Source of the DNA: Phaeosaccion multiseriatum
Lineage: Eukaryota > Protista > Ochrophyta, other classes
Length of the DNA: 64,000 nucleotides
Assembly: GCA_965112735.1 (NCBI GenBank)
Contig: OZ218958.1
Coordinates: 3,410,001 to 3,474,000 of the forward strand
Reading direction: 5' to 3'
Part shown: piece by piece, positions 61,582 to 64,000 of the stretch
Layout of the letters: each line of letters begins with the position of its first letter
Position numbering within the stretch: the stretch's first letter is position 1
Made by a program: the position numbers and the translations under genes
Notes under the pieces: generated by a model
Told to the model about the DNA's origin: nothing
The model's input: only the letters and a program-made list of their open reading frames with translations
The model's database searches: none

Positions 61582-62783
61582 ATGCATCGATTGCAGGTGA
61601 GGAGGGGAGAGGAAGGGAGGGAGGGAGGGAGGGGAATAGGGGGAGAGGAGAGTGATGGTGTCGAAGGGAGAGGGGAGGAGGGGAAGGAAGGCACTCTGGT
61701 CAAGGCTACACGTAGAGGAGATTGTAGTGCGTGAGCGGGGGCGTGCTCTGACTCTGGACGCGTCCATCATCCCCTTTCTGTCTTCCTCTCTCCTCATCCC
61801 TCCCCTCAGGTGCCTCTGAACCACAAGCAGGCTGCCGATGACGCCGCAGCAGCGAAAAATGGGGAGCTTACGTCCGAGCAGCAGCGGGACATATTTCAGC
61901 TGGAGCAGTGCCTCTCCAATCTGAAGGTAAGGAGGGTGGTCAGGAGGTTGGCCAGGAGTGGCGCGTGGTCAGGGAGGATGGGGAGGGGGGCGGATAGGAG
62001 GGCCGTGGTCTGTCTCACTCTCTGATGGAAGACCTCTCCGTAGTCATCCGTCCCAGCTCCCTGCTTCGCCGCCTTTCTTCACCAACCCCCTCTCTCACTG
62101 CCCCCCCACCCTCTAAAGGTCCCAGCCAATCGGGCCCGTGTGCAGACCATGATTGAGGAGCTCAAGACGCCCCCCCAGCCGACGCCTTCCGAGCCTACGC
62201 CGCCCGAGCCTACGCCTCCCGAGCCTGTGTCTCCCCAGCCCGAGCCAGAACAGGTCAAGAAGGTTCCGTCGTCGGCGCCTCCCACGGCCCCAGCCCCGGC
62301 CGCGCGGCGTGTAATCACGAGCACACCGACCATCACCCAGCGGCGGCAGCCCTTCGAGTCCTTCGCTTGGGATGAGGGCAGCTACGACAGCCCCTGGGTC
62401 ACTGTGTATGCAGGTCTACAGGGGGTGGGGCAGGTCAAGGAAGGGGTGACGTGCTCCTTCAGCAAGAGGGGGTTCGACCTTGAGGTGAAGGGCCACTCGA
62501 AGGGAGACTTTCGCCTCTACAAGGACACGCTCACCAAAGAGATTCTTCCCACGGAGAGCAAGTTCGTCGTCAAGAGAGGTGAGTGGGCTTGTTAGTTGGC
62601 TGGGGAATTGGCTTGTGAGTGGCTTGGGAGTGGGCGGGTGAGTTGGCATGTCAGTGCCTTGTGCGTTGGATGTGGAGTTGCCGTGGGGTCAGGCAGCACA
62701 TCGCTGAGGAGGGTCCAAGGGGTGCGGTTGGCTCGTGGGGCCTCTCGGATTAGTCACCTCTCCTCGGATTCTTCCTTCCCCTG

Positions 62784-62830
<47 letters not shown>

Positions 62831-64000
62831 CAGCTCGAGTCGGCGCCTGTTTGGCTGACCACTGCTGACCCAGAAGCCTGTTTTGGTGCTGCTGCTGTAT
62901 CACTAACCCCTGCGATTCTTGCTGCTCCACCCCACAGACAAGGTCCTGTTGAAGCTCCGCAAGAAGAAGGGCGAATTCTCCTACGAAAGGTGTGTGGGCG
63001 ATCGATTAATGGATGAAGAAGAAAGGAGGGACAATCAACAGAGTACCGCTGGCTGACTGCTGACTGCTATGTCGAAGTCTAGTGTTGTGTTGGATTGGCG
63101 CAGCTCTATACACTGACCCTGCGACTGAATCTGAAACTGGGCGCCCAGGTGGGAGAACCTTACGAGCAACAAGACGCTCGCCGAGCTTGAGGAGGCGGAG
63201 AGTAAGAAAGCGAGAGACCCTCAGGCGGGCATCATGGACGTAATGAAGGAAATGTGAGTGCATAAAGGGCAAAGGGCCGTCAGGTCAACGGCTCTCTCTC
63301 CTCCTCCTTTCCTCTTCCTCTCTCTCCTCCTCACCCCTCGTCTCCTTTCCTTTCCTCTTCCTCTCTCTCCCCCTCACTCCTCACTCCTCACTCCTCTCCT
63401 TTCCTCTGTCTCTCTCCTCCTTGCCCCTCGCTCCGCTCCTTTCCTCTCTCTCTCTCCTCCTTGCCCCTCGCTCCTCTCTTTTCTCTCTCTTTCCTTTCCT
63501 CTCTCTTCCTCGCCCCTCCCCCTTTTGCTTCCCTCATGTGCTCCCCTCGCTCATTTCCTCACTCTCCTCCTCCTCCTCCTCCTCCTCCTCCTCACTCTCC
63601 TCCTGCTCTTCCTCCTCCTTCTCCTCCTCCTCTTCCTCCTCCTAATCCTCCTCCTCCTCCTACTACTGGTACTCCTCCCCCTCCCCCCCCCCTCTTCCTC
63701 CTCCTCCTCCTCCTCCTCCTCCTCCTTCTCCCCCTCCTCCTCCTCCTCCTCCTCCTCGCCCCTTGCTTCCTTCGTGTGCTGCGCTCTTGCTCAGGTACGA
63801 CAAGGGCGACGAAAACATGCGCAAGGTGATTGGAGAGAGCATGATGAAGTCAAGGAGCGGGGGAGGTAAGGATCCCCTCATGGACGAGCCCAAAATGCCG
63901 GACATGCCCGACTTTTCAGACCTCAACTTGGGGGGGGGGGAGGAAGGGGGATTCGGAGACGACTTGGGAAGACTGGATGGACTCGGGGGTGCAGGCATGG
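61582..64000 (+). CDS. CACYBP: Calcyclin-binding protein / Siah-interacting protein (CS + SGS domains); runs off the window; exons ~61582-61596, 61810-61926, 62119-62578, 62937-62988, 63149-63254, 63795-end
   Basis: CS domain FAWDE...VTVYAGLQGV...CSFSKRGFDLEV...SKFVVKRDKVLLKLRK. SGS domain DPQAGIMDVMKEMYDKGDENMRKVIGESM. Confidence 0.85.

Noticed and set aside
1-64000. Hundreds of short ORFs (VCLS, THSL, EGGR, poly-L/E/K, and antisense to real genes)
   Set aside because: They are products of stop-free microsatellites and GC-rich antisense frames.
1-64000. tRNA, rRNA or snoRNA genes
   Set aside because: None was recognisable by eye. tRNAscan-SE or Infernal would be needed to exclude them.

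Overview
This is GC-rich, intron-dense eukaryotic nuclear DNA, probably from a flagellated photosynthetic stramenopile (ochrophyte). That call is inferred from an IFT54 gene and a carrier with an apparent complex-plastid presequence. I recognise about 16 genes, mostly in head-to-head pairs: IFT54 with a duplicated CH domain, an hnRNP F/H-like protein, complex I NUXM (missed by the ORF track), TFIP11, DPY-30, a large ankyrin+TPR protein, a WD40 protein, organellar RRF, a sulfotransferase, an SLC25 carrier and CacyBP/SIP. Introns are packed with micro- and minisatellites, so most short ORFs in the track are spurious. Two signals stand out. (1) An accessory island at about 35.8-48.3 kb holds intronless FNIP/LRR genes built from 123-bp units with a near-constant framework and about 5 hypervariable codons (bases 1-2 vary, base 3 is largely fixed, units are mosaic), plus a head-to-head ankyrin pseudogene. 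This is a candidate diversifying recognition or ubiquitin-adaptor system. (2) Short dispersed DNA words (GTTGGTGATAC x13, CAGTCATATGGGC x6, GCCATCTGTGAC x4) recur on either strand, in introns and in exons read in different frames. Two MITE-like inverted-repeat elements are also present. All splice models and counts were read by eye and need verification.
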